Source: Drouetiella sp. (GTDB lineage Bacteria; Cyanobacteriota; Vampirovibrionia; Obscuribacterales; Obscuribacteraceae). Taken from it: DNA of 64,000 nucleotides. Position 1 is the stretch's first letter, and each line of letters begins with the position of its first letter. The notes under the pieces are model-generated. The model ran no database searches. It saw only the letters and a program-made list of their open reading frames with translations, and was not told where the DNA came from. Location of the stretch: contig DATNPY010000039.1 of NCBI GenBank assembly GCA_036702955.1, positions 1,642 to 65,641 of the forward strand, given 5' to 3'. Made by a program: the position numbers and the translations under genes. Shown one piece after another: positions 1 through 8,731 of the stretch.

Positions 1-758
1 TTGTAGAACTTGGTACCGCCTCGTCGGCAGTCATATTGCACTTCGAGTCGGAGCTCATTGAGTTCCTTACGAACAGAGATGAACCGCAGATACTCGGCGC
101 GTAGTTTTGAACCAATTCTCTGGCTCGGATTGTCTCGCCATTTAGCCACCCTGGCTCTTATGCGGGCAGCTTGTTCTGCAAGCAGCAGAAGCCTTGCGCA
201 CGAGCTTTCGAAGACATCGATGCTTTTGCGCTCGGCACGCATCCTGGTGAGGTCGCCGTGAAACGAGTCAAGCTGGATGAAGAGCATCATCATGTACTGA
301 CGACGCACTTCGAAAGCTCTGTATACGATCTTGCTGAACCTGGCTCGCTTTCTGATCGAGTCGAGCAAAGCTTGTCCCTCAGTCAGGTGTCGCTGCAAGC
401 GATCAGCGATGTTGACCTTGTCTATGCCGCTGAGACGATGTGCCAGTTGCTTTCTGGCCTTCTCGACACGATGTTGTGCTTGTTGCAACTCGACTATGGC
501 CCCGCGCAGAGTACTCCCTTCGTCGACAGCGCATCGGTTGAACAGGGCGAAGTCAAATTCCGAATCATCGACTATCGTGTCATGTCGTGGAAGCTTATCG
601 ACCTCAGCGATCTGCTCGCACGCGAAGTGCATATTCAGCTCGATTTCATTTGCGTCTTGCACCGCGCCTTTGAGCTCTTCCCACAGGCGAGTGAACTGGG
701 TTCGCTCTACCGCTAAATCAAAACCCGAAGGCACAACGGTAACATCGTTAGTTAACAT
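1..758 (-). CDS. hypothetical alpha-helical protein, 3' end cut by window edge (absent from supplied ORF track)
   Basis: Reverse-strand ATG at 756-758 is preceded by GGAGG (rc of 765-769). The frame stays open to base 1 (MLTNDVTVVPSGFDLAVERTQFTRLWEELKG...). It is co-directional with the 862..1602 gene and 103 nt downstream of it. No family recognised. Confidence 0.5.
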   Translation of the reverse strand, partial: MLTNDVTVVPSGFDLAVERTQFTRLWEELKGAVQDANEIELNMHFACEQIAEVDKLPRHDTIVDDSEFDFALFNRCAVDEGSTLRGAIVELQQAQHRVEKARKQLAHRLSGIDKVNIADRLQRHLTEGQALLDSIRKRARFSKIVYRAFEVRRQYMMMLFIQLDSFHGDLTRMRAERKSIDVFESSCARLLLLAEQAARIRARVAKWRDNPSQRIGSKLRAEYLRFISVRKELNELRLEVQYDCRRGGTKFY

Positions 759-861
759 AGTGGCCTCCTCGATCTCTGAGTTGGGCCGTTGTTCATTCGC
801 ACCCCGCTGCTGGAAAGGCAAACGGGGTGCGAAGAAAACGATCACAGGTTAACGATAATGG

Positions 862-1602
862 CTAGTCGGCCAGTAAGCCCTTTTTCACTTTCCGGTCCAG
901 CAGTGCCGACACTTCAGTATCGGCAAACAAGTCAGGATAGCCGGATCCGGGGCACTGCACCGCCCAGTTGTAGATGGTGCGGAGCTGTTGCGGATCGGTG
1001 ATCAGGGGCGATTGCTGCCGCACTCGGTCAAGACCATCAACAACCTGGCTCGCCAACTTGCGGTACAGGGTCTTAATAGTCGCGGCGAGGGCAGCCGCTC
1101 CGTGTCGCGCCTTATCTTTGCTGGTCTGATACTCCACCATGCCGTGCAGCTTGAGCACCTCGGTGCGAGGCCAGTGCGTGGCCATCAAGTTCCACGGGTC
1201 TTGATCTTGCCCGCCTTCTCCCGCCGACCTGAAGTCGGTGCGGAGGATGAGGCAGGGCACGTCGAGCATCTTGGCGTACATGAACTCCACGACGGTGCCG
1301 GCATCGAGGTTGGCGCCGTCGAAGTTGAAGATGGCCATGTCGCAGGTCATGACGTGCTTGAGGTCGAGGTTCCGGATATCGACAGTGCGATGAACCGGCT
1401 CCTCCAGATCTTGAGGCAGAATGCACTCGTAGCGACCGCGGGAGATTTTGCGGATGAACTCTCCAAGCAGGGAGTTTCCGATCAGGTCTTTGTGGGTCCA
1501 GAGGTCACCAGCGAAGTAAACCGTAAAGGGCTTCTTCGCAGATGGAGTGCGCGTCCTGCGGGTGGTGGTGGTGCTGGTTTCAGTCGACTTTGAGGTGGTC
1601 AT
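862..1602 (-). CDS. nucleoside 2-deoxyribosyltransferase-like protein
   Basis: Motifs FTVYFAGDLW and DAGTVVEFMYAKMLDVPCLIL resemble the PF05014-type fold with its catalytic Glu. ATG at 1602 follows AGAAGGA. The track ORF extends to 1659, which is an alternative start. Locally high GC. Confidence 0.55.
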   Translation of the reverse strand: MTTSKSTETSTTTTRRTRTPSAKKPFTVYFAGDLWTHKDLIGNSLLGEFIRKISRGRYECILPQDLEEPVHRTVDIRNLDLKHVMTCDMAIFNFDGANLDAGTVVEFMYAKMLDVPCLILRTDFRSAGEGGQDQDPWNLMATHWPRTEVLKLHGMVEYQTSKDKARHGAAALAATIKTLYRKLASQVVDGLDRVRQQSPLITDPQQLRTIYNWAVQCPGSGYPDLFADTEVSALLDRKVKKGLLAD

Positions 1603-1983
1603 GGTCTGGTCCTTCTGCTTTCGCGAAGGCACCATGCACACGCCAACATCGACTGTCATTGCGTCCAGCTGCCAATTTGGGGAAACGTCTGGTAGCTTTC
1701 ATTTGCAAATAGCCTTTGTTAGCGAAAGACGAGCCTTCGCTGGTTGATGCTATCTGCGACAAGATTCGTCACGAATCAACCGGAATGGCTGTTCATGCAA
1801 ACTTGACTCAACCAACCGATCACGCGCCTGCCTTGAAGCTATGCCAAAACCGACTGCCTGTGCAGCGAGAATTTTGAGCGAAAGCTTCAGAGTGTGAGGT
1901 CGAGGAATGTTCCTTGTCGAAACTACATGTGATCAGTCAATGCCCTGAGCCTACAGGAGTACAGGGGCGTGGGTTACTGCGCG

Positions 1984-2168
1984 AGCTAGCGCACGATGTC
2001 GGACCGGTATTTGTCAAGGAGTGTGTACCACTTGCAGGATAGGTGATTTGGGCATTTTTGTTTGACCGCGAATGACAAACCGTTACGTGGTTTGAAAGTG
2101 AGCGGAATTTTCATCAAATGCGCTTGCTGTCTGGCTTATTCAAGCTAGCGCAGGCGGATAGCTAGCGC
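1984..2168. promoter_or_regulatory. three copies of the 9-mer AGCTAGCGC in a 535-bp noncoding region
   Basis: Exact AGCTAGCGC at 1984-1992, 2143-2151 and 2160-2168, with the last two 17 bp apart. A reverse-complement copy GCGCTAGCT lies at 6018-6026 in the next large intergenic region. Confidence 0.25.
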
Positions 2169-2194
2169 GCTTCGGCCAGGTTTACACAACGTGA

Positions 2195-3244
2195 TTATCT
2201 TGCGTACATCGCCGCTCTCAGACCGTAGCGCAGCAGCCCTGAGAAAACTCGTGGACCCTGTTTTTTGATTTGAGTTTCAACTGGATGTGCTCTGGGGTCG
2301 TTGCCTATGAATGGCTCAGATTTGAGATTGGCGCCCTGAGCAATCTGCCCAGTTGTAGGATCTCTGAATTGCTCATGTTTGTCGTACAGATTTTTTCCGT
2401 AGCTAGAGTAGACCGCCGTGTCGAACTGTTCATAAGGCACAAACGGTCGCATCGCCATGCGCTCGTGCATGAGAACGTCTGTCGTTTTTACGTTACGTGG
2501 CGGAATGTTCTTGCCGGATGGATCGACTGCGCCGGGATTGTAGAAAACGTCTGTGACGCCCAACTTCTTTTGCGCTTCAAACTGGATATCAAAGCCCTGC
2601 ATGCGGCTGCGATTGCTTTCAGCCTTGGAATGGCTCTGCAGGTGCTCCATTTGCATCTGGCTGAACATCTGTTTCTTCTGCACGGTCGAGAGAGATGGAT
2701 TAATCCAGACCTGATACAGTTGCTGCGCCAGCGTCAACTCCTGAGCCAGGTCCGCCGCATTCCAATATCCAGGCAGACAGGTGAGCACAGTACCGTCAGG
2801 AGCCAGCACAAACATCTGGATATTGTGCGGTCCTGCACCATTGGTAGTGTCAACAGCTTGTTCATCGGGTTTATGTTTGCCCGACGCACCGGCATACTTC
2901 TCATGAGAAATGTCATGAAAACCGCAGACGAATTGTTCTTTGAGCATCGAAAAGGCTGGGTCCTGCGAGAGCGACACGGCTCTCAAGCTATTTCCGGCAC
3001 TTCACGTTGCTCCGTCGATTTTGCCGAGAATGTGCAGCCAGAAAATCAACTTGCCTGACTTCTGGGCTTCGTCTTCAGCCTTATTCAGGTTTTTGTACCA
3101 ATCGATGTCGCTGGTCAATGCATGCACGCGCGCTGAGCAAACTTGCCCTTCGAGGACCTTTTCAGCCTGTGCAGCAGGAATGCTCAGCGCGGCGCTGGCT
3201 GATACCAATACCGCAAGCATAGACAGAACCCTGGCTCTTTTCAT
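2195..3244 (-). CDS. secreted thioredoxin-like protein interrupted by one in-frame TGA (candidate selenoprotein, otherwise pseudogene)
   Basis: Track ORFs 3002..3400 and 2195..2986 share one frame, separated by TGA (3002-3004) plus 5 sense codons. ATG 3244 follows GAGGGAG and opens a signal peptide MKRARVLSMLAVLVSASAALSIPAAQA. The lead-in DIDWYKNLNKAEDEAQKSGKLIFWLHILGKIDGAT-TGA-SAGN and the later NIQMFVLAPDGTVLTCLPGYW together look like one thioredoxin fold. Confidence 0.5.
2967..2984 (-). other. stem-loop 17 nt downstream of the in-frame TGA (SECIS-like candidate)
   Basis: Minus-strand RNA reads GAGAGC-CGUGUC-GCUCUC. It has a 6-bp perfect stem plus a flanking U-G pair, and a 6-nt loop containing GU that lies 24-29 nt after the UGA. 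Confidence 0.35.
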
Positions 3245-3353
3245 AGAGAGACTCCCTCGTCTGGATGATGTATTAATACCAGCGGGATATGCATTTTTCG
3301 TGAAGTCATGTGGTGGTTCCATTTCAATCAACCGCTTTTGACTGAGGCTATAC

Positions 3354-4409
3354 TTGTCCAGGATTTTACTCAGGGCAGTTCTGATGCGCTTTAATCTCAA
3401 TTCCGGAACGCGCAGTGCCAGACCTCATGCGATAGTCTTGGCGACGCTGCTGATCATCTTGCAGCAGTTCATCGGTTCATTACCTGTTCAGTCGGCAAAT
3501 GTCAATTTGACTGTCAAGAAAAGTCAGCTGCCTTTCGTTTACATCCCATACACATCAGACGTTCACTCGACCACGCTCTCTGCCGAGGCGATTCAGCTGG
3601 CTCAGCAGTTGCACCTGACCGAGCGATTGTTTGAACTGTCGCAATTGAGGAAGGCTCGTGAAGCGGACAAAAGCTCGCTTTCCAGCGAGCAAGTCGAAAG
3701 ATACCGAGATCTGAGAGAGGATGTCACTGAAGTTATCGAACAAACTCGCCTGGAAGTGGATTTTGCGCAGGCTGAACTGGCGCGGGAAATTGCAGTGCAC
3801 AGCGAATTGCTGGCAGCTTATACAGCCGATCGCAACCGCAAAGTAAATCTTTCGAATGCCTGGGGATACCGCACTAATGGTGTTCTCTGGGCAGCTGCTG
3901 AAGGGCTGGACATTCCCACTTATGCACATCCCAAATATTCAATTCCTTCAGGAATTGTTGGAATCGTTGCCGGTCTTGCTCCAAGCGCGTTTTCACTCTA
4001 TGCCTTGCGGCAGGACAGTGGCGGCAGATTCGAGCGTAAGCCGCATCCGAACATGCTTTCGAAGGTGTTCAACTATCATGTCACTCCCGAGCTGGAATAC
4101 CCTGATTCAGTCTGGACATGGCTGAATTCCCAGGCACCAGTCGGTCCGAAAGTAACTCGGTTGGAGTTTTTGATTGACTGGTGGCAGAAAGACGGCAACA
4201 TTCGCTATTTCACTGAAAAACCGACTCATCATCAACTGGACCTGCTGACTGCGACAGCGCAGGATGATTTGACTATCCAGTTGATCTCAGACCGGCTGTC
4301 CATGCTGCGCACCGTCGACGCGATGATACTGGGCATGAACCGCCCGCTTCTCGAGATGATGATGGTGGTGCGTGGCACGAAAGAAATCGGCAAAATCGAA
4401 TCTAAGTGA
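3354..4409 (+). CDS. hypothetical membrane/secreted protein
   Basis: Long ORF, divergent from the 3244 gene. Hydrophobic N-terminal segment AIVLATLLIILQQFIG and a second one GIVGIVAGLAPSAFSLYAL. TTG 3354 follows GAGG; ATG 3384 is an alternative start. No family recognised. Confidence 0.5.
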   Translation: MSRILLRAVLMRFNLNSGTRSARPHAIVLATLLIILQQFIGSLPVQSANVNLTVKKSQLPFVYIPYTSDVHSTTLSAEAIQLAQQLHLTERLFELSQLRKAREADKSSLSSEQVERYRDLREDVTEVIEQTRLEVDFAQAELAREIAVHSELLAAYTADRNRKVNLSNAWGYRTNGVLWAAAEGLDIPTYAHPKYSIPSGIVGIVAGLAPSAFSLYALRQDSGGRFERKPHPNMLSKVFNYHVTPELEYPDSVWTWLNSQAPVGPKVTRLEFLIDWWQKDGNIRYFTEKPTHHQLDLLTATAQDDLTIQLISDRLSMLRTVDAMILGMNRPLLEMMMVVRGTKEIGKIESK

Positions 4410-4428
4410 CGTTTGCAAAATATGGAAG

Positions 4429-4464
4429 TGCGTCAGGAGCTGCGTCAGGAGCTGCGTCAGGACC
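4429..4464. repeat. 3 x 12-bp tandem repeat (TGCGTCAGGAGC)
   Basis: Read directly: units at 4429-4440, 4441-4452 and 4453-4464 (last unit has one mismatch). Noncoding, just after the stop at 4409. Confidence 0.8.
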
Positions 4465-4571
4465 TGCCTGTGGACGGACTGCTCCATCAACTCTGGGCGA
4501 AATGTGCAGCGGAAGCGTCCTGATTTACTATATGTCTAAGTATCGCTTCGATTTTTTAGAACGCAGGGAAA

Positions 4572-4600
4572 GATGCCGGTCGCAATCCGCGACCGGCATC
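4572..4600. terminator. strong hairpin between convergent genes (possible bidirectional terminator)
   Basis: GATGCCGGTCG-caatccg-CGACCGGCATC forms an 11-bp perfect stem. It lies between the 3' ends of 3354..4409 (+) and 4622..5713 (-). There is no clean U-tract on either side. Confidence 0.45.
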
Positions 4601-4621
4601 CCCTGATAAACGAGCGCCGAG

Positions 4622-5713
4622 CTAGGCGACAGTCAAATTACGCGACCGTCTCCAGTCCTTGAAGTCTTCGTGTACGGCAGCGCTCATTGTGTCCACGGCA
4701 GTGCGCAGCCAGCCCGAAGGGCGTTTGGCCATGTCGCGCTTGATTTTGGCTGCAGCACCCTTCGTGCCGAGGTGCACATTTGCTGCCTCGAAGCCCATGG
4801 CAAAAAGCAGCGCTTCCTCGTCGCGAACCTTCGGCAGAGCGCTCAGCTCCATCTTGGAACACGAGGGCGAAAGCCGCCGCACGACCCACTTTCCCTGTGT
4901 CTGCAGGTAGGGGTCACGCGACCGGATGGCTGCGTCGAGCACCTCCTGCAGGTGCGACTCCGGCTTCTTGTCGCCGTATGCCCATGAGCAGGCCGAGGGC
5001 AGTAGCGCCTTAGCCTCGCGGGCGATGCGCGCGCCATCGTGCGTGGCGATGACGACGAAACGCTGGCGACCCAGACTGCCCACACCGGCGCGGCGCTGAA
5101 AGCTCCGGTAGACCGGCTTGGGTTTCGGCAACATGCTCTCGATTGCCGTCTTTGCTGTCGTTGTCAGCGATTTCACGGCGCGGCACTGCGTGTCGAGCTT
5201 GCGCCAGAAGTGCGACGGAACTGCCAGCCGGGCAATTGCCATGGCGCGCAGCTCGGGATTGTCTTCCTCCAGCACGATCGGCTTGCCACCGCAGGCGATG
5301 CTGGCCATGTAGCCGCGCAAAATCGCCTCGCAGGCTCTGTTCTTGGTGATTACAAGGTCGCCGACAGCAATCGCTTTGGCGGCGCTTGTGGCCAGGCGAA
5401 CCAGGTCGAATGTGTACGGCAGCTTGTACGCTTCGTCGAAATCAGCGATGCCGAGAATCAGCCTCGCTTCAATGTCGCGCCAGGTGCTGTACTGCTCGAC
5501 GTGGAGGTCGCCGATGGAATTGACGCCAGGAGCGTCTTGCAAGTCCGGGCACAGCTCGGGAAAAATCTGCGCCCAGCGGTAGAAGGTGGCGCGCAAGAAA
5601 GCAAACTCATCGTCAGCCATCATCTGGTGCTTTGCATCGAGATCGGCGGCGACGATGGTAATAAAGCTTTTGACCCAGTCCTCGTAGAGGCTGGTGGCTT
5701 TGACTATTTTCAT
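4622..5713 (-). CDS. DUF2252-like protein
   Basis: 363-aa ORF with FLRATFYRW and GDLHVEQY segments, which I associate with the DUF2252 family. Very GC-rich (one 60-nt line counted at 42/60). Several antisense shadow ORFs overlap it. Confidence 0.5.
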   Translation of the reverse strand: MKIVKATSLYEDWVKSFITIVAADLDAKHQMMADDEFAFLRATFYRWAQIFPELCPDLQDAPGVNSIGDLHVEQYSTWRDIEARLILGIADFDEAYKLPYTFDLVRLATSAAKAIAVGDLVITKNRACEAILRGYMASIACGGKPIVLEEDNPELRAMAIARLAVPSHFWRKLDTQCRAVKSLTTTAKTAIESMLPKPKPVYRSFQRRAGVGSLGRQRFVVIATHDGARIAREAKALLPSACSWAYGDKKPESHLQEVLDAAIRSRDPYLQTQGKWVVRRLSPSCSKMELSALPKVRDEEALLFAMGFEAANVHLGTKGAAAKIKRDMAKRPSGWLRTAVDTMSAAVHEDFKDWRRSRNLTVA

Positions 5714-6445
5714 GTGAAGTCCTTTCTCCAGGTCATCTGCACCAGTTCAGTGGCAATCCGCAGATTGTCTCATCACCATCGGCGCAGATGCGTGAAGCGT
5801 TTGGAAAAATCTCATACCACACCGCAAGACCCTGTCTTGTGCAAGCACGGCGATGTCTGGTTCGTAAAACGGGGCTGTTAGTTACTGTGTTGGAAAAAGA
5901 AAAGAGATGTTTTGAAACTATCAAAAGAGGCGATTTATAAACAACAAAGCGCTGACTACATGAGAGACAACAAACTAATGCATATTGCGCCCCTTCGCTA
6001 ACAACGATCCGTGCCCTGCGCTAGCTCAGAACTGTTAGTGAGTTTGGTGGATACATTTGATGCATCTAATAGATCGGCCAAGTTGAAGCAGAATTGATTG
6101 CATCGCTTCGACTACCAATCTGAGTAAACACCCCTCTGACCTCTAAAATTGCCTTTTATGTCTTGAAACGCGCACAGGATTAGCGTGTCACATTCTCGCC
6201 ACGAATTTAATTTGCCAAAGTGAGACGGCTCTAATATATTGACATTACCCCTATCACCTTAGTAGTTCAACCAACCCACGCTAAACGCGTGAGCACTTTG
6301 ATTCGCCACCTGATAAAACAGGCAATTCGAACAAAAGGCTGACCCTCGGCGTTCCCCTTCGGCTCAATATCGATGCGTACTCAGACTGGCTCTGAGTGCT
6401 GCTGAAACTCGGCGTCGCACTTTCCCCAAACCCTTCAGGTAAGTC

Positions 6446-7147
6446 ATGCTCGACAAACATAATCACCCTGGCGACCACGTCGATCCCACAGTCAAACTCG
6501 ACAACGTCGATCGACATCTTCAGACTCAGGCAATCCAATTGCTGGGCGACCCGCATCTGATGGCTGCTGTGACCGGCTCTCATAAGCACATGTCGGCGCA
6601 TGATGCAGCGGCGTGGGGACTGACTGGCTTCGCACTGGTTGGTCACGAAAATACTCCCGCTCAAAATCAAGCCGCCATCGCCAAAGGCAATGATGTCGCG
6701 AGCCGCGTCATGAATACCACAGTCGCGACTGAAGCTGACGTAAACGCTGCGCTCTCTGCTTATGGCGACATCAATGGTGGCTTCCTCGATAAGGAAGGTT
6801 CTTATGCTCAAGCCAATCTGGCTGGTGCCATCTCGCATGCTCAAAACAGACTGGACCTGCAAAGATTAGCCTCCACAAACGGTACCGGAGATAACGCGTA
6901 TACGATTCAGACACAGTTCGCTTCGCCCGCAGACTATCAAGCTTTTGTCAAACAGCAAGCCGATTTGAAGTCAAAACCAGACAACGCAAATGACACTCGC
7001 TCAGTTTCACTGGCAAGCACTGAAGTATTTGATCGCAAGGTTGTTTCGACTGTAGGAAATTCGACCAAAGATGCTGTTACTGGAACTGCCTCATATCTGG
7101 AAGCAAATGGCGAGAAAAAAGAGTTGCCTAAGCCAATAGCTGCATAA
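6446..7147 (+). CDS. hypothetical protein
   Basis: ATG follows AGGTAAG. The 233-aa ORF has ordinary composition. The competing antisense ORF 6281..6862 looks less protein-like. No family recognised. Confidence 0.35.
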   Translation: MLDKHNHPGDHVDPTVKLDNVDRHLQTQAIQLLGDPHLMAAVTGSHKHMSAHDAAAWGLTGFALVGHENTPAQNQAAIAKGNDVASRVMNTTVATEADVNAALSAYGDINGGFLDKEGSYAQANLAGAISHAQNRLDLQRLASTNGTGDNAYTIQTQFASPADYQAFVKQQADLKSKPDNANDTRSVSLASTEVFDRKVVSTVGNSTKDAVTGTASYLEANGEKKELPKPIAA

Positions 7148-7230
7148 GTAAATAGACAGTTTTTAGAATAAGTGACCACGCTCCAACCCAACTGCGTGGA
7201 CATTTGTTTGAGACTAAACTTGCATACGAT

Positions 7231-8424
7231 TTAGTTTGAGCTTTCCAGCCGAATGTGCGTGATTCCAGAGTCATAAATTGCCAGGCTGTAGGCAGGAGAT
7301 GCACCGGCAGTTATTTCTGGAAGCTCACCATCGGGTCGCGACTTGACCACCGCGCGGACCGACCAACTGCCCACTTTTGGGTAAGTGGTTGCCACTCTGT
7401 GGTCCTCTACTTTACCGATCGGATCTCTGGGTATTTGAATTTCCCATGTCGTTTGGTGAACATCAGGTGATACTAAATATGGTGAGTTCCAGCCGATCGT
7501 TTTGCAAAATGTTTTTGCTGAACACGGGTCTTTAAGCGTGATATCGACGCTTCTGTCATCCACTACCGAGCACGAGGCAATCTGCCCGCTTTTGACCGCG
7601 TTTTGTAACGCGTCAGAGACGGCTTTCGGCGCACTCAGTTCAGTTATTTGTGATTTGAAAGCACTGATAGCTTCCGCCAGATCCACTGGATATCCGTTGC
7701 TTCTGGCGGTTCCCAAATCTCTGTTAGACAAAAACCTACGCTGCTCGGCGCGTTTGAAGTAAACTTCGCCGAGCTCGTGGAAAGAGTTTGCGGTGGTGGG
7801 GTGATAGCCGATTGCCGTGTCGTAATCGCTGATTGCGCGAACGGCTTCTCCCTGGCTAGCTAAAATGTCGCCCCTCGTGATGTATGGGTCTGCGTCACCG
7901 GCGTCAAGGCCAATCGCTTTTGAGCAGTCTGTCAGAGCATCTGCTGGGTCTCCGGCGCGCCAGTAGGCTTCTGCGCGATTCGCCCATGCTGCCTCGTCGC
8001 CTGGATTGAGGGCTACGGCTTTTGTAAAGTCCGCTATCGCTTTGTCATACTGCCCTAGGCGCAGATATAAGAAGCCCCGGTTGTTATAGGCGATCTCGTT
8101 GTTTGAATCGAGTTCCAGAACCTTCTGAACGTCTTTGATTGCCTTGTCGATTTTTCCTAACTTGCCATATGAAAACGATCGACTAATGTACGCATCGGTA
8201 AACCGCGGGTCTTGCTCGATTGCTTGATTCAATAATGGCAAGGCTTCTTCGAACTTTGATTGGCTATTCAGTGCATGCGCTTTCAGGTAGAGGGTCTTAG
8301 CCGATAAGTCTGACGGCGGGCATGTAGCGTTAATTGCAGGTGCCGCCGGAGCCAATAGAAAGAACGACGCAGGTGTGAGAAGTAATGATGCCAGGCGTCC
8401 CAATGAGGACAATTCAAATCGCAT
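7231..8424 (-). CDS. secreted TPR-repeat protein
   Basis: ATG 8424 follows AGGAG and opens a signal-like MRFELSSLGRLASLLLTPASFFLLAPAAPA. Multiple 34-aa TPR-type units follow (AYNNRGFLYLRLGQYDKAIADFTKAVALNP etc.). The track ORF extends to 8547. Confidence 0.7.
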   Translation of the reverse strand: MRFELSSLGRLASLLLTPASFFLLAPAAPAINATCPPSDLSAKTLYLKAHALNSQSKFEEALPLLNQAIEQDPRFTDAYISRSFSYGKLGKIDKAIKDVQKVLELDSNNEIAYNNRGFLYLRLGQYDKAIADFTKAVALNPGDEAAWANRAEAYWRAGDPADALTDCSKAIGLDAGDADPYITRGDILASQGEAVRAISDYDTAIGYHPTTANSFHELGEVYFKRAEQRRFLSNRDLGTARSNGYPVDLAEAISAFKSQITELSAPKAVSDALQNAVKSGQIASCSVVDDRSVDITLKDPCSAKTFCKTIGWNSPYLVSPDVHQTTWEIQIPRDPIGKVEDHRVATTYPKVGSWSVRAVVKSRPDGELPEITAGASPAYSLAIYDSGITHIRLESSN

Positions 8425-8731
8425 ATTCGCTCCTGCCGAAGTATCAATTATTGATGTTAACGCTAATCCGAATTTCTGTCTCAATCCAAGAAGTTGACAT
8501 GAAGACTGGCGTGCGATTTCTCCAGCATTTTTCACGGGCACTTGCAAAAATTTGACTTAAAAAGTTTATTTTAGGTTATCTTTGGAGAAATTTTTTAAAC
8601 CGGCATCCGGGGAGGGGCGCCGCCCCTCCCCGAACGCAATGAAAGGCTGGTGGATCAGCCCCTCAGGTCATCGGCACGGCTTGACGTCGACCTGGCGACG
8701 CAATCGACGTTGGCTGACCACCCCGGTGCGG

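Noticed and set aside
171-716. 181-aa + strand ORF at the left edge
   Set aside because: The opposite strand has a longer frame open to the window edge, with an ATG behind GGAGG, and it is co-directional with the upstream gene. The + ORF has no RBS and an odd composition.
3002-3004. Genome-wide reassignment of TGA (code 4/25) as the explanation for the in-frame TGA
   Set aside because: Several well-supported genes in this window terminate at TGA with family-typical C-termini, for example the TolC-like paralogues at 37908 and 39473 and the ATPase at 57366.
2270-3058. 262-aa + strand ORF spanning the TGA site
   Set aside because: It is antisense to the thioredoxin-like reading frame, which has a signal peptide, an RBS and recognisable fold elements. 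The + ORF has none of these.
5039-5881. 280-aa + strand ORF
   Set aside because: It is antisense to the DUF2252-like gene in very GC-rich DNA. The product is Arg/Ala/Gly-rich with no motifs.
6281-6862. 193-aa minus-strand ORF overlapping 6446..7147
   Set aside because: It is Cys/Ser/Arg-rich with no RBS. The + strand ORF has an AGGTAAG-ATG start and a more protein-like composition. Confidence is low for both.
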